A stretch of DNA of 64,000 bases, from positions 186,001 through 250,000 of the forward strand of contig NW_020844638.1 of assembly GCF_003704095.1 (NCBI RefSeq), given 5' to 3'. The translations under genes were made by a program, and so were the position numbers. Shown in pieces: positions 11,578-24,360 of this stretch. How positions within the stretch are numbered: position 1 is the stretch's first letter; every line of letters begins with the position of its first letter. Under the pieces are notes generated by a model. It was not told the DNA's origin and made no database searches. It saw only the letters and a program-made list of their open reading frames with translations. The DNA is from Pocillopora damicornis (Eukaryota).

Positions 11578-14500
11578 TTTATAAACTAAACACGACGGTG
11601 CTGTAGCTTGCAATCTCTTAGCTAGCTGAACCTTCCTTTGGAAAATCGTTTCGTCTGATCTGTTTCCTAGAGCTGTTAGCCAAACAGCATCAGAAGAACC
11701 GCTCAATTTCCGTGCCGCCTGTTTGAAAGAAGAAATGTTTTCTGCTAGTTATGTAAATAAATTTATATCCTGCTTTTACTGACGTCCCATGATTATGAGC
11801 TATTGAGATCTTTTGTTTGTTCAGAGATGCAATTGTAGTCGATGATGACTATGTTTTTTTCACCTGCACATTTATTGACTATCGAATGGAATATCAAATT
11901 GTATGGAAAATAATTCATATGCCTTCCTTTTTCTTCCTTAGTGAAATAAGAGGATGTAGGAAAACGAGTTTTTCCCTGCCTCAATAGTTTACAACATTTG
12001 TTACAGAAGGGACAAAATTAGTCCTCAACTAAAGAAAAAAAATAACGTAAATGTAAAAAAAAAATGAAACATTCACGATAGGTGAGAAGAGATCTCAAAT
12101 CGACGTGACGTAAATGAAACAAATGTTCACTGAACAAAAAAAGCGTTTGATGTGGTCAGTTAATTCTGGAGTCTTCACGACGGAAGTTTCTTCTGCTTAA
12201 AAAAATTATGATACTTACCAGAGAGCTCCTCCGAGATAAATTTAACAATCATACTTGCAATCTATCATTAGCATAACCAAGTCTTGATTTAAAACAAATG
12301 TTCCAACTTAATATTATATGTCACTTCGCGTTACCATAAATCTTTTGAAAAGTTGAGATACAAAAAAAAAAAATTTGAAAATTAAAGAATGTGCTCAGAG
12401 AAATAAATTCTAAAATTCTTTCGGAGCACAATAGAAGATTAATAGAGGGAAGGTTATTGTTATTAACACCATGCAAAATATAAAAGTGAATAAGAACTAC
12501 GAACCTGCCATAAAATAATTTTCCCTCATTAAGATTCAAAACCAAGTTTTAAATCGCGGTCAGTATGTGGCTTTATGCACTATTCCTTTTTAAATAACTC
12601 AACTTTCTATAGCTTCGTCGGCGAATTTTGGTACATTAACACTCTGTAGCTTTTCTAACGTGCGTTTTCTCAGTCATGTAAGAAATACGTGCTTTGCAAG
12701 ATCCGCTTAACTTCAAATGTAATGGTAACAAAGAAACACCTTGTTTGAATAATTGACAGGCTAGAAATTTTTCAAAATAGGGTGAATCACTAACAGGATA
12801 ATAGCTATATGCATATCCATTTCCTTTATAAGCTAAAGAATCTTTTAGTTGGAAAATTATCTCTTTTTGCATGCAATTAAGAGTATTGACTTCATGGAAC
12901 TGCTCTCTTTTGAAACAATTTCATTTTTCATTGCTTTCGTGAACTTAACAATTGTGCGGAAGTTAAGATCTAATTTTTAGGTTCTGTGAGAGTTTTGAGA
13001 TGCAACTCTTAACACAACACTCTATCAACGTATTCAACACCATGCGTCAGCAAAAGATATGCCCTCAATCCTTAAGGGTGGCTATTGCGAGAAGCAATGT
13101 GTATGATTTTAGCCTTTAGGCTGCTGTTGTAGTGAGCATATCGAACTTCCCATTAATACATCGCGGTGTTATTCGATATACAAAAATTGGGGCAGTTTGG
13201 GCAATGAAGGAAATTTTCCTAGGGAGAGATATTCTTGCTAAAATAAAGTTGCTTTGGATAAAGATGCATTGCGGATTAAGTGATATTGTAATGCAAAGCA
13301 GTCGCCTTACGTCAGTGTGATTTAGAGTAAACAAATGAACCGAAGTAAAATTTTATAAAGCGAAGAAAAGATTAAGATTAAAGAGCCACACACAATGGTT
13401 TTCATTTGGTGGAAATACATAGCACCAATTCGAAGCTCTTGAAATTACTTTTCTCTTCTGTCTTTATAACAAAAATAAAGTGGACAAAGTTACAAGGATA
13501 AATAAAAGGATAAAATTATGGAACTTTTTTTCGCGGTTGTTCATTATCTAACTTAGATATCAAAGAGAATGCCAAATAAAAAGATTTACGTTTAGGAACA
13601 ACTATCAACGAGCTACTGTATTGATACATCCAACAGGAATGTCCAATGGCAAACGTCCTTTATGAAAAAGAAGATGAATTACGACTACGTAAAGTTGACC
13701 ATTTTTCTTTATACATTTACACATGGGACGCTGACGAACCTGCAGCTCCTCTTAACGCTCGGAACGCTAATCGCATCATGAATCTATTACCCCGCTTGTC
13801 TCGCCAATATAACTTCTGTATCTGCGGAGGTTTAAGGTTCTCTTCCTCCCAGGAGACTCAATGCTGGCAAAAGCGAGAGGAACCCACGTCAAACTGCGAG
13901 GCCAAAATCTTTTAGAAAGGTCAGTACCAACCCAGAATGACACTTTAAAAATATTCAGGACCTAGCTTTGTCTTTCATTCAATAAATGTATCCATGCTAC
14001 CCTAAAGCAGGTACAAAGTCATCATAGAGAATAATCGGCTTTCTGACGAGTGCTTTAGCTTTCATTTGTGAGGAGCACTCGCGTTCAGGCTAACTTCAGC
14101 TCTCACGATAACAGAGGCACCACTATAGGTAGGTGTTTTTAAATAATCATTTTCTTTTTTAATCATTACTCCAGTGCATGTTCCTATCAAGGATATTCAA
14201 AGCCTCCCAGGTATAACGTTGTTGTCTTGGTATGGATGTAGTCCTGCAAAGGAAGTAACTTTCTAAAGAAACTGTGGTTCTGCGTAGGTGGGAGAGCATA
14301 ACAGGGTAATTTAGTAGTATCAACTGAGTTGAAAAAAGTCGAAAACCTGATTATCGTTTATGAAGTGACAGCATTGATTTTTTCCACAAATCGGAGGCAA
14401 CGTGCCAGATTTGCGATAAACGTGGCTATCCTGTCTTTGTCGTTAAAGCAGCTACCACCACTCAGAGAGAAAATATCGACTGCATTCTGTTCAATCTCAA

Positions 14501-14724
14501 ATTTCACCTTTACAACCACGAAGTTGAATCTATTATTCTTAAAACTTTAAATTACGTCAAAGCCATTTAGAGACTGACACTATCTTCATTTTCGCAACAT
14601 CCACATATTTAATTCAAAAACGAGAAAAACATAAGGAACTCTTTTCTTGTTGCCATTTTCTCACCATTAGCGTAGCTCCATTTTCTATTTATAAACACAC
14701 ACACAACCCACAATTCCTCCATTC

Positions 14725-14808
14725 GCTCTGATGAAGGGCCAACGCTCGAAACGACAGCTTTGAAACTCTTTACAGTAGCCAATTTACATTACCAACTCAG
14801 TTGATAAT
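14725..14808 (+). mobile_element. Penelope-type repeat fragment with degenerate minimal hammerhead ribozyme
   Basis: GCT-CTGATGA-A-GGGC-CAAC-GCTC-GAAA-CGAC-AGC: catalytic core boxes CUGAUGA and GAAA, a stem II hairpin and a 3-bp stem I. The cleavage triplet reads GAC rather than GUC. The downstream 50 bp match 2064-2113. Confidence 0.6.
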
Positions 14809-15425
14809 GTCTATTGTGTCAGTGTTAGTGACATCTTTTCAGTTAGTGAGAGAACAAAGAAAAACAAAACACATTCTTTAGGACGGACATGAGCTATATT
14901 TCCAAAATATGATCAATCCTTGGAATCACATACCACAAACTATTAGTCTTAACTGTCAAATATAAAAATGGAAATAATTTGGAAAATGCAAAATTATTGG
15001 AAAACTTAAATTTCATCTTTACTTATCGAGCGACAAATTTCGGTACCATGCCAGATATACATTCTACCTCACGGTTTGCTTCCAGAGCAGACACAGTCAA
15101 ATTTCCCAGTTCGGGGAGGTTCATGGTAACTACAAGTAGATTCAATGCGAATAAACCAGGAAAATATTATACTGTCAACCTGCAACTTATTGGACACAAT
15201 TTGAGTTTTACTAATCAGAGTCCTCTTAGCTAATATAAGAAGCTTAAACGAACCAGACATATGCATTACTATATTTATCTTGAACTCATCAGGTCTCCCT
15301 ACCTGGTGACTTTTTCATTTCGTAATGAACTTATACTCAGAAAATGGTGAAAAAAAATTTTTTTTCTCCACAAGTTGATAAAATAACATCCTTTTCCTCT
15401 TTAGGAATTCACTTTGAAAGTTATT

Positions 15426-18400
15426 TCACTTTGCGTCAACAGGAGTGATGCAGCTTTCTCTTGTGTCTATTCTGTCCGAGTTAATGGGAGACACCTGATG
15501 TCGTCTAAAGGTTGGATCAGGGCTCTCCTTTCTGAGAGGCATTTTATTCATGTCATGCTTTTCCAAACCAGCGTTTGAGTTTTCTGCCACTGAACGAGAG
15601 CTTGGGAAGGTTGAATTCTTAGAATTGTCCCACTTCTGTTTCTTGCGAAGATATGCAGCGCGTACATCACTGCTTCGCAGGACATGAATGACGAAAATGA
15701 AGAATCCCTAAAGGTATGAAATGTAAGAAGGACGAGTGATTGCATTAGTCTGGGATACTAGTCTTGTACGGTGAATGAGAATAGTCATGGAAAAGACTTT
15801 TGCTGAACACTAACTGATGTCTCGGTAGTGCGAGGTATCTCGAGTCACCATCACAGCGTGGCAAAGAGTTAGAGTCATAATAGGACTTAAGTGAAGAGGT
15901 GTTTGGTTGGAAAAAGGTAAGAAGTCTATCTCGCTGAGCTGCATCATCAATCGGTACCCTTGTGATATTGTTTACTGTTAACAATCGCGGAGTGTATATA
16001 ACAGTTTACAATAAGAAAACAAGACCGTTTTCTGTTACTGTCGTGCAAAATAAAATACTGTTTAGAGGCTCCCATTACAAAGTTGTTCAAGCTTGAAATT
16101 GTTACCTGAAGTGAGTTAAATATGGTGAAGATATACTGGAACACCACACCGGCAGCTGTAATGCTAAAAATTCCAAATACCCAGGTCAGGCCTAGGAGAG
16201 GAAACAGCACCACCCATGCCTTTAACCCCTGTCTGAAATAATCAGATATTGAGGGTGAAAGTGAGCATTCAATTTGAGATAAAACCAGAAAATGACAGCA
16301 CGGTGCAGACACACACTCACTTGACGTTAGAGGTGTCTTTCGTAGAGTGCATTCTCGTCATCTCATACACCACCCGGCAAAGGATGAAGGAGTTTATCTG
16401 ATGAAATGAACAATTACATGAACAAATGATTTCTACAACAGAAGAAGAACAAACTGGAGAGCATTGATTTTCATTATTTTGTTGAAATGGAGCTTATTTC
16501 AGGCTCAGTCATCTTAATGTCACTTGTATATTAACGAACGCTGTGTATAATTTTGCCACAATCACAATGATGAGAAATTCTTCTAAATAGTAGAGCAAAC
16601 TATAACAGAAGCCATCTCACCAGGCAAACCACGAGGACTGGGGCGGCAAAGGTCCAAACTAAACTATTTGAAAATGAAACCCAGCAGCTGTAAAAAAGGA
16701 AGAAATTAATAATCTTTGAACAAACATACAAACACACGATCAAATTTTATTTCGTTTTGATCACGATTGTTAATTCGTTTCTTTTTTAAAGCGCTATTTA
16801 CCGGTCTGCGTCAGTTCGAACCACAAAGAGACTTTACAAGCTCTTCATTACTAAGAATCCCCTGCAACCTTTTGTGATGCCACTAATAAAGCGCTAGGAT
16901 AGAATGTAGGACTCCCTGACGTTATAAGGAAAATATTGAGCCTTTAATATACCCTTTTAAATACTTACAAGTCACCATGTACGTAGCCCGATATTCCCTC
17001 AGCAGAGCCAGAAGCGATGACAATGGATGAAATCACCATTAGAAAAGGAAATCCTACAAAACAGTGAGTTACCTCCGTGTATATCTCGCCATAAATATAG
17101 TTAAACGACTTTTGCATTTGTTTCACATTTGACATCAATAGATTGCATCATACATGCGATCCTAAACTCTAACAATTAAGTTATCGCCAAGCGAAATTTA
17201 TACATGCAAGGTATAACCTTAGTTTTACCTCTTTTTTTTTTTTTTTTCTTTCTATAATGATACAAAAAGGGATACCAATAGCGCATGCACAATAATAGGG
17301 TTTACCTACCCCAGGAGAAAACATACAGCAACTTCATTCTTACGACGGCGTTGTATACTTTAACCACCATCAGATACAAGTAGGCTCCCTCCATGAGCAT
17401 CCAAGAAAATCCGGCTAGATAAAAATAGTGAATAGACACTGCCACGAATATACAAGCTTCCTGTAAACAAGAAAATAAATTAGTTTAGCCATAAGGTCTA
17501 AGTTTGAATTGTTGTTTTGTCTCTTCGTTTACTCAAGATTCATTGGGGCATACATCTACAGTGTACCTTAACCTTTCCATTTTGACCTGCTGGAGAAATT
17601 ATCACGGTTGACTCTGATAATATTTACAAATGTTCTAGTAATCAAGTGAAGTATCTCTGTCATCTGTAATTAAAGTTCATGTGATTGACCAGATATGTTT
17701 GCAGTTACCTGTTTTGATGTGGCATCAATTCCAGCCAGGAATAGAATTTGCGCCACTGCTATGGCCACAACAAGGTTGAATCGTATCTGAATATGTTCTT
17801 GCTTCAGATTCCTAGGCAAAGAAAAAAGGACACATTCATTAAAATCAATCTCATAAATCTCCAACATCGTCGGTTGGTGAAGCACCTCTAGAAAAGAAGG
17901 GTTTGTACTTACATAAAAACCAGATATGCTAAGATGGTAAACACTTCACCCATAAGCGACAATCCACAGCCGACAAATGTACTGACTTGCAATGCGAGCT
18001 GATGTTTGAGAGGAATCTAAAACAAAAATACCTAGTACTTAACTTGAACAACTTTTAATTAAAAATATTTAAACCGCTTCAGGTATAAAACGACACACAG
18101 TGACAAATGGTAGCTGATGTACTGTACTGCGGATCCAAATCAATAACAAGACAGGATAGCTATACTTTACTTTGTAACTCACCTTGGTTTCTCCCAGTTG
18201 CATAAGAATTGCGAAGTTCGTCAGATGATTGCAGCTGCACACAACTTTGGTGTCTGTTCTATTAATCAGGGAACATCCTCTGCTTGACCAGGAGCCGTTA
18301 ACCTGACTCCTATGGACGGGAAGTTTATCTTTCATTTACTGTCGCGACATTGTTAGAGAAAATGGTCGTTTTCAGAAAAAAAGTATTTCAAGTAATATAA

Positions 18401-21400
18401 GTTGTGAAATGAATTAAGCCTCATGTACAGCTAAGAAAACATACCTGATGGCAAAGTCCCAAAATACACAATAAGGCTTGTCCTCGGGTTTTATAAACTT
18501 TAAAGACGGAACGAAAAGAAAAAATAACAGTGTTACATCGTCTACATGCAACGTCTACATGAAATACACTCAAAACTCATAAAATTACGTATTGCAAAAA
18601 TCGACTCAGAATATACAGTTTCCCTAACTACATCGTGCATTCGTTAGTGTTTCCACAGATCATGCTTCGTGTTGCTCCCATATCAACCAGAAGGATCTTT
18701 TCAAATGGAACTTATATCGTTTTTAAATGGCTGGATGAAAATCATATATATCTTTTCAACTGTAGAATTCTAACCAATAAGAAAAAAAGCAAATCCAAAG
18801 ACTATAACTAGAACAACTTTTTCAGGAGTTCGTCAGCGTATGAGACGTGCACTTTTACCTTTCGTAAAGTAAATGAAATAGTAATGTTCTGTGTCAGCAC
18901 TGGTGGCGGGGCCGGTAAGAGAGAACACGCTATGATTGGTGTTTGGAGTTTAGTATTTATCATTTTCTTCCTGCAAATAAAATGTATTTGATTCCTTTAG
19001 CAATCTGGCTCGTTTGTAAAAAATTGCTAATCGTCTCATCTAAATATTTAGATAGAAAAGTGACAAAAAAATAGAGAGTATTCAATGTATTAGAAGTTAG
19101 AATTAGAATAAGCTCCTGTCTAATTCTACTCCGTATGTCTTAAAATACATACCCATCAAGAAGGTATTGGCATTCATCTGGAAGAAGTTTGTGCAGGTCT
19201 TGGTAAGCTATTCCAAGTACCACAGTTTCTATTGAGAAGAAGATACACTTAAGCGTTCACGATTGTTGAAAACATGATGAACAAATTCCCAAGCGAAATT
19301 AAAAAAAATCCTCAGAAGGATATAGTGTACTATACACGTTCATACTCTTCCAACACTTGCCTCTACTCCCAACTTTTTTTAGGTAGGAAAATTTTCGTAC
19401 TGACATTTATATCCTTGAGGCCCGAAGAAAACTCACCCGTAAGGATCACAGAGCATATAATTAGATAATATTAAAAAAAATGTTCACTGCAGATCCAATA
19501 TAGGCAATACATTACGATGAATAATGTGCGACTGAAGATTTTTAGCTGCCTGGTTGATAACATAACACAAATACTGCATTTTTTTTAACATACCTTGTTT
19601 TTCGAAGAGTTTTGGTGGTAAAATGAACCTTTCACGTAATAAATTATTATCACTTGACGGTTGACCTTGAAATTCCTCAGAAGGAAACGTCACTTCCTTT
19701 TTATGACCTGCTTTAATGGTTTGAACTTCCATGACTATTAAAGGGAGAGAAGCAAGAATAAAACTTATTCTTAGGCTTCTTCCAAAGGAAGTAACTAAAT
19801 TATCTTTATTTGTAACAAAATTTACGTCAGGATAGACAGCAGAAACTTGATCAATAATACCGTTTCTGTGGCTTCACTCAGTTCATTTTGCTTTTCGAAT
19901 CGTCCGCGGAACGGGAAGAAAAAATCAACGAAAATTTCTGATATTTGTGGCTCGAATTCCGTCTATTTTTGGATCCACTCGCAGTTCTTATTTCCTTTTA
20001 ATGAACAATCGTTACATCTAATCATATTTTAATTACGACCTATAATACGTTGCGTTGTTACTTGTTAAAAGGTATAAAAGCATTACCCACCTAAGTGTTC
20101 TCTAGTGGGTATTGTGGTTGAGTGGTAGCTGCTATTTTTCAACATATGCTTCTCAGCATATTGTGAAGCCAGCAATTCAAGGTGCTGAGCGGCTAGCAAC
20201 AAATTCACTTCTACGCCTGAACGGTCTTTACTTGCGATTTTTTGGAAAACTGTAAGCAATTTCTCTGTCTCATTGACTGCAGCCTAAAGATCGTAATCAT
20301 AATGAAACTCATCAAATGATCATCCGTAACAGTAAAAAAAGAAAAAAATAAGGATGATAACAATTTCATGAGGATATACCAATACGCAATGTTACAATTA
20401 CATATGAGCTGATAAAAACATACTGAGTATCTAGCCTACCTGGAGAGAATTCTCGTCACTTAAGTTTAACTGATTCAACTTATCCAAGTATTTTTCAACC
20501 ATCTTAAAGAAACAAAGGAACATTTCACAGTTGTGAATTGTATAAATGATTTGTATTGGTACGCAATTTCTTACAGTTTTTTTTGCAGTATAAATATAAT
20601 TTCAAATTATAGGCCATCTTTTCTGTTTATCAAAGATAATCAATTTCCAACGTCAATTTGGATATAAAAGAAATAAGGAAGTATATGAGGTTACGTTGTA
20701 ATGGCGTCTAATCTAGAAATAAGGATGCACTGAATTGTTTTGCTGTGCTCTGTTATAAGCAATAATTTTCCTCCCCTTCAGAACCTCTTTGGGTAGACCT
20801 TCAGCTGTAGAATGTCCAACATTTCAACCGTTAGCTTTAAAAGCCATCACCCATCGAGACCCTCATAAAACGATATACATGGCAAATGGGTGGAACTCAG
20901 AAGAAACAGTGGGATAGCAAAATGCACGTTTAAGTAGTCCAGGGAAGGACTGCAGCCAGCTATAGGCGGAAGTTACCATCACTTTCAAGTGAGAGGTTGT
21001 TTGGTGATCGAGTGTTTAGTTTATTCAGTAGATGCTGATCAATCTGTTTTGAACTGATACTATATAATGTGATAATCACCTTCTCTTGATTATCAGCAGG
21101 CTCCGTTGGAGAGACACTCACTGATAAATCCTTTGACATTCTGGATGTTTTAGACGCCATGATTGTTGTGGTATCTGTTTTTCCAATGTTAGTTGATGTT
21201 GTTACTGTTACTTCTGACGCAAGTGATGTAGTGGGGGTCGCTCGTGTCTGTCCTGTAGAAGGCAATAATTCCGCTACAGATGACGGAGAAACTTCCACTA
21301 AACATACAGACACAGTAGAAGCTCATTATTAGTTTGAATATTGAGGCACAGAAAACGTTGCGCCTCTGATACGAATTAATGTTATAACGATTATTATAGA

Positions 21401-23629
21401 CGATAAGATTTTAAGTGTAAAACTTTCTATTACCATAAAGAGCGTAAACTAGAAGATATTTCCGTGAACGTGTTAAACGTCGCTTGGGATGAATGGCGAT
21501 GTTCTTTTTTTAATATATATTAATATATAATTAATGCAGGACTACAGACAGAAGAACCAAGCTAATCAATTGACCTTGAAATATCTGTCATGAATTGTTT
21601 TTAACTTGAAAAATGTAAAATTATCAACTAAAGAAGTTAAAATAGATTTTTGCGTCTTGCATGGGGCACGTTTTACTAGAATAGCCCAAGTTGCCTTTTT
21701 CTGAGTTCTAAGACGTTTCAGCAAAGAATAGAATTTTGCAATCGTATCAGAGGTTGTTCTGCGTGAAACAAAACTACTGGAAATCAACTTCAAGTAACAT
21801 CACAACCAAAGAGCATGTATATGAGATTTACGAGGATGTAAACTCAGATATATGAAGGAAGGGTGTCTTTGGTGAACCCGTGCACAAGGTCAAGAGCAAG
21901 AAATGAAATATCTTAGGGCATAAATGCTTCAGAAGTAACCCTGATGGTAAGAAAATTAAACCAACTGAGGTAATGAGACCACGGACTCTTGAAATAAAAG
22001 ATAGTCTTAACACACCTGAGAGTCAGGACAAATAAGAAACCAGCTCAGAAGAACCTCCTTAGAAAAGGTAGAGAGACTTACTTTTTAAGTAACTTTGTAT
22101 AACATCCATGATTTCCCCTCCAAGGACATTTGACGATTTATTTAGGCCAACTCTTAATACGTGCGCTTCATCTTTCGTAATTGCTGTCAAATCTGTCTCT
22201 CTCACGAAGTTTCCAACTCCAACACCAACGATGAAAACTCGCTCATTATCCAGATCTGTCAACACTTTATTTAAACCATCGTTATTTAAAACCATCCTGT
22301 CGTCCAGCATTACAACAAGAGCACGACTTGCCTTAGAACCTTTAGAAAACTGTTGGAATCCTGATTTCACTTGATCTAGAGCTTTGACCAAGAGCGGAGT
22401 TCCAGAAGCTTTTTCGATTTTATCGACGTGTGAGGTTACGGAGTCTTTGTTTTGCATGTTGACAAAACCTAGTTTTATTTTAGCATCAGAACCGAAGACG
22501 AAAATGCTGTTTATGCCATACTGGTCGATAATGGCACAGATTGTGCTTTTCATAAATGCAAAAGTGTTATTAGATGAAGGAGAGGTAGCACTGAGAGCAA
22601 AAGTCAAGTCGATCAGTGGAGTATTCACTGAAGGAAACGAAAGAAGGTCTCTCAGCGAAGTATTTCAAATTGAAATCTCTTTTTAAAATGCTAGTGACAT
22701 AAAAAGAAGAGTCAAAGTATTTAAGTAATGCTAAATCCCTTTCAAACACATAGAGAACATATAGAAAAGAAGCGAAGCAAAAGCACAAAGCCAGTGCAAC
22801 CCCTTAAGTTTTAAGGCCTAGTCCTCAATGCTATGAAGATGGGGTGATTAAGTGTAGGAGAAATGGCAAAATTTGGGTAAGTTGGGTAAGTTTGATCACA
22901 TTTAACCTCTTAATAGCTCTTCTTATGTATCGTACCCAACAAAGTGCGAAAATATGCGCGTGATCGCTTGTTCCTAGCTAAATTGCCTACTGTTTTAAGT
23001 CTTGATATAAAATTAATTCAATAGACTAAAGGAAAGTGGACTCGTAAATGATAAGATTTGATAACCTTGCCTAATAGAAGCTGCATCTAACCTGGATATC
23101 CCTCACAAATATAGCCGTGCTCCTCAGTGCAATTTGTACACTCTAGTTTATCATCTTCAGTTAACATGCAGCAGAACGACCGATTGTGCTGATTTTGTAT
23201 TGCATGAAAGTTTTTTATCTTCCCAACTAGTTTGAGACGTGTAGCTGAATTCCCATCAGTCCATTTCCATTCTCTGAAAAAAAACGCATCCAAAAACGCT
23301 ACAGCAACAGTAACAGTGGCAAATAAACCCACAATCCGAACTGGTAACCATTGCTACCTCCACCTCTTGCATGTAAATTCACAAAAAAATTAATTTAAAG
23401 TCACAAAAAATTGCACAGTTTACAATTGTTACTCACCGGAAATACCTAAGACCTATCCAGTACTTTTTGCCGTTGGTGGTATTTGATATATTTTTCGCCA
23501 ATAGAAAGTCATAATCATTTCTGATTTTTGCAAGAAGACCATCATGATAAAGTGATTGACATTCCTCATTTGCTTTCGAATGACTGAATATTTGATTGTA
23601 GACTGTGAACTCTTTTTCACCGTTAACAC
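15426..23629 (-). CDS. Adhesion GPCR 2 (C-type lectin-like - vWA - Ser/Thr stalk - GAIN/GPS - 7TM); signal-peptide exon not located
   Basis: About 19 phase-compatible exons: 23629-23437 (..KYWIGLRYF), 23273-23092 (EWKWTDG..CTEEHGYICE), 22627-22082 (vWA), 21297-21080 (S/T-rich), 20502-20440, 20283-20091, 19735-19594, 19228-19153, 18970-18859, 18497-18445 (CVFWDF), 18309-18183 ([19 protein letters not shown]), 18016-17913, 17811-17709, 17460-17310, 17053-16969, 16687-16621, 16397-16321, 16232-16106, 15707-15426 (GFFIFVIH..ITPVDAK stop). Intron positions match aGPCR1. Confidence 0.92.
22082..22627 (-). other. von Willebrand factor A domain exon of aGPCR2 (546 nt, phase 1-1)
   Basis: IDLTFALSATS..FMKSTICAIIDQYG..FVFGSDA..GTPLLVKALDQV..RALVVMLD..VFIVGVGVG..DLTAIT has the vWA beta/alpha pattern. 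The MIDAS DxSxS motif is degenerate. Confidence 0.85.
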
Positions 23630-23785
23630 CTGTAAGGACAGTACAAAAGTAATTTTAATTTTTACGAACGAAATATCCTAAAGTATTGAGATTTTTTTCG
23701 TGTTATTTCCTATACAGTGAGTACAAAATGCAACTCGTAAAGGCAAATGTACGTAGTAGCAGCTTTCAAGTGATGTAGAGGATTT

Positions 23786-24360
23786 ATGTACCATCTTGAC
23801 CCCAGGAAAGTAATAAAAGCATCATAAAGTCAAGCAGATGTTGTGGTATTTGGAAAAAATACAGGACAACAATGTGCTGCGATGAATGTCTGTGCTTTAC
23901 TACATCACAATATGAAAGGAATATTAAGTACCCTCGGTGACTTAAAGCAAGTGACGCATAATGGAAATCAACTTTAGAGTAGTTTGTTACAACTAGAAAT
24001 GCTCACAGTATCAGAAGATAATTACCAGCTGGAATTCAGTGCAAGGTATAGCGGTGATGTTCATGATGAGGCTACCACTGAGAGATATTAATACTGTGTA
24101 GGCTTAAGAAGAGCTTTTGATTCATTGATATCAGAGGAATACAGATCCTTTATTTTGACAATTGCTTGTTTTACTGCTGCTATTGTCTACTCTCCTGATG
24201 ATGGCAATTTTAAAGTGTTTGACACTCATACCACAGATATTTATGGTAAGAGGCATCATCAAGGAACTTGTGTACTATTAGACATATCTTCTAAAGACGA
24301 CTAAGCGAAGTACTTTCAAAGTTTACATGAAACAATTGAAATGAATAAACTTGAAAGTTT
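23786..24360 (+). pseudogene. Decayed peptidase C76 / herpesvirus tegument USP-like domain, probably a Helitron/Helentron relic
   Basis: A single frame with four stops reads MYHLDPRKVIKAS*SQADVVVFGKNTGQQCAAMNVCALL...GNQL*...SFILTIACFTAAIVYSPDDGNFKVFDTHTTDIYGKRHHQGTCVLL. It contains the Q...G.QC and FD.H catalytic motifs and the G.CVL tail. Confidence 0.72.

Noticed and set aside
13785-13830. Minus-strand YIGETSG resembling a GIY-YIG endonuclease motif
   Set aside because: Followed immediately by a stop, with no upstream GVVY/C..C or downstream R..EH context.
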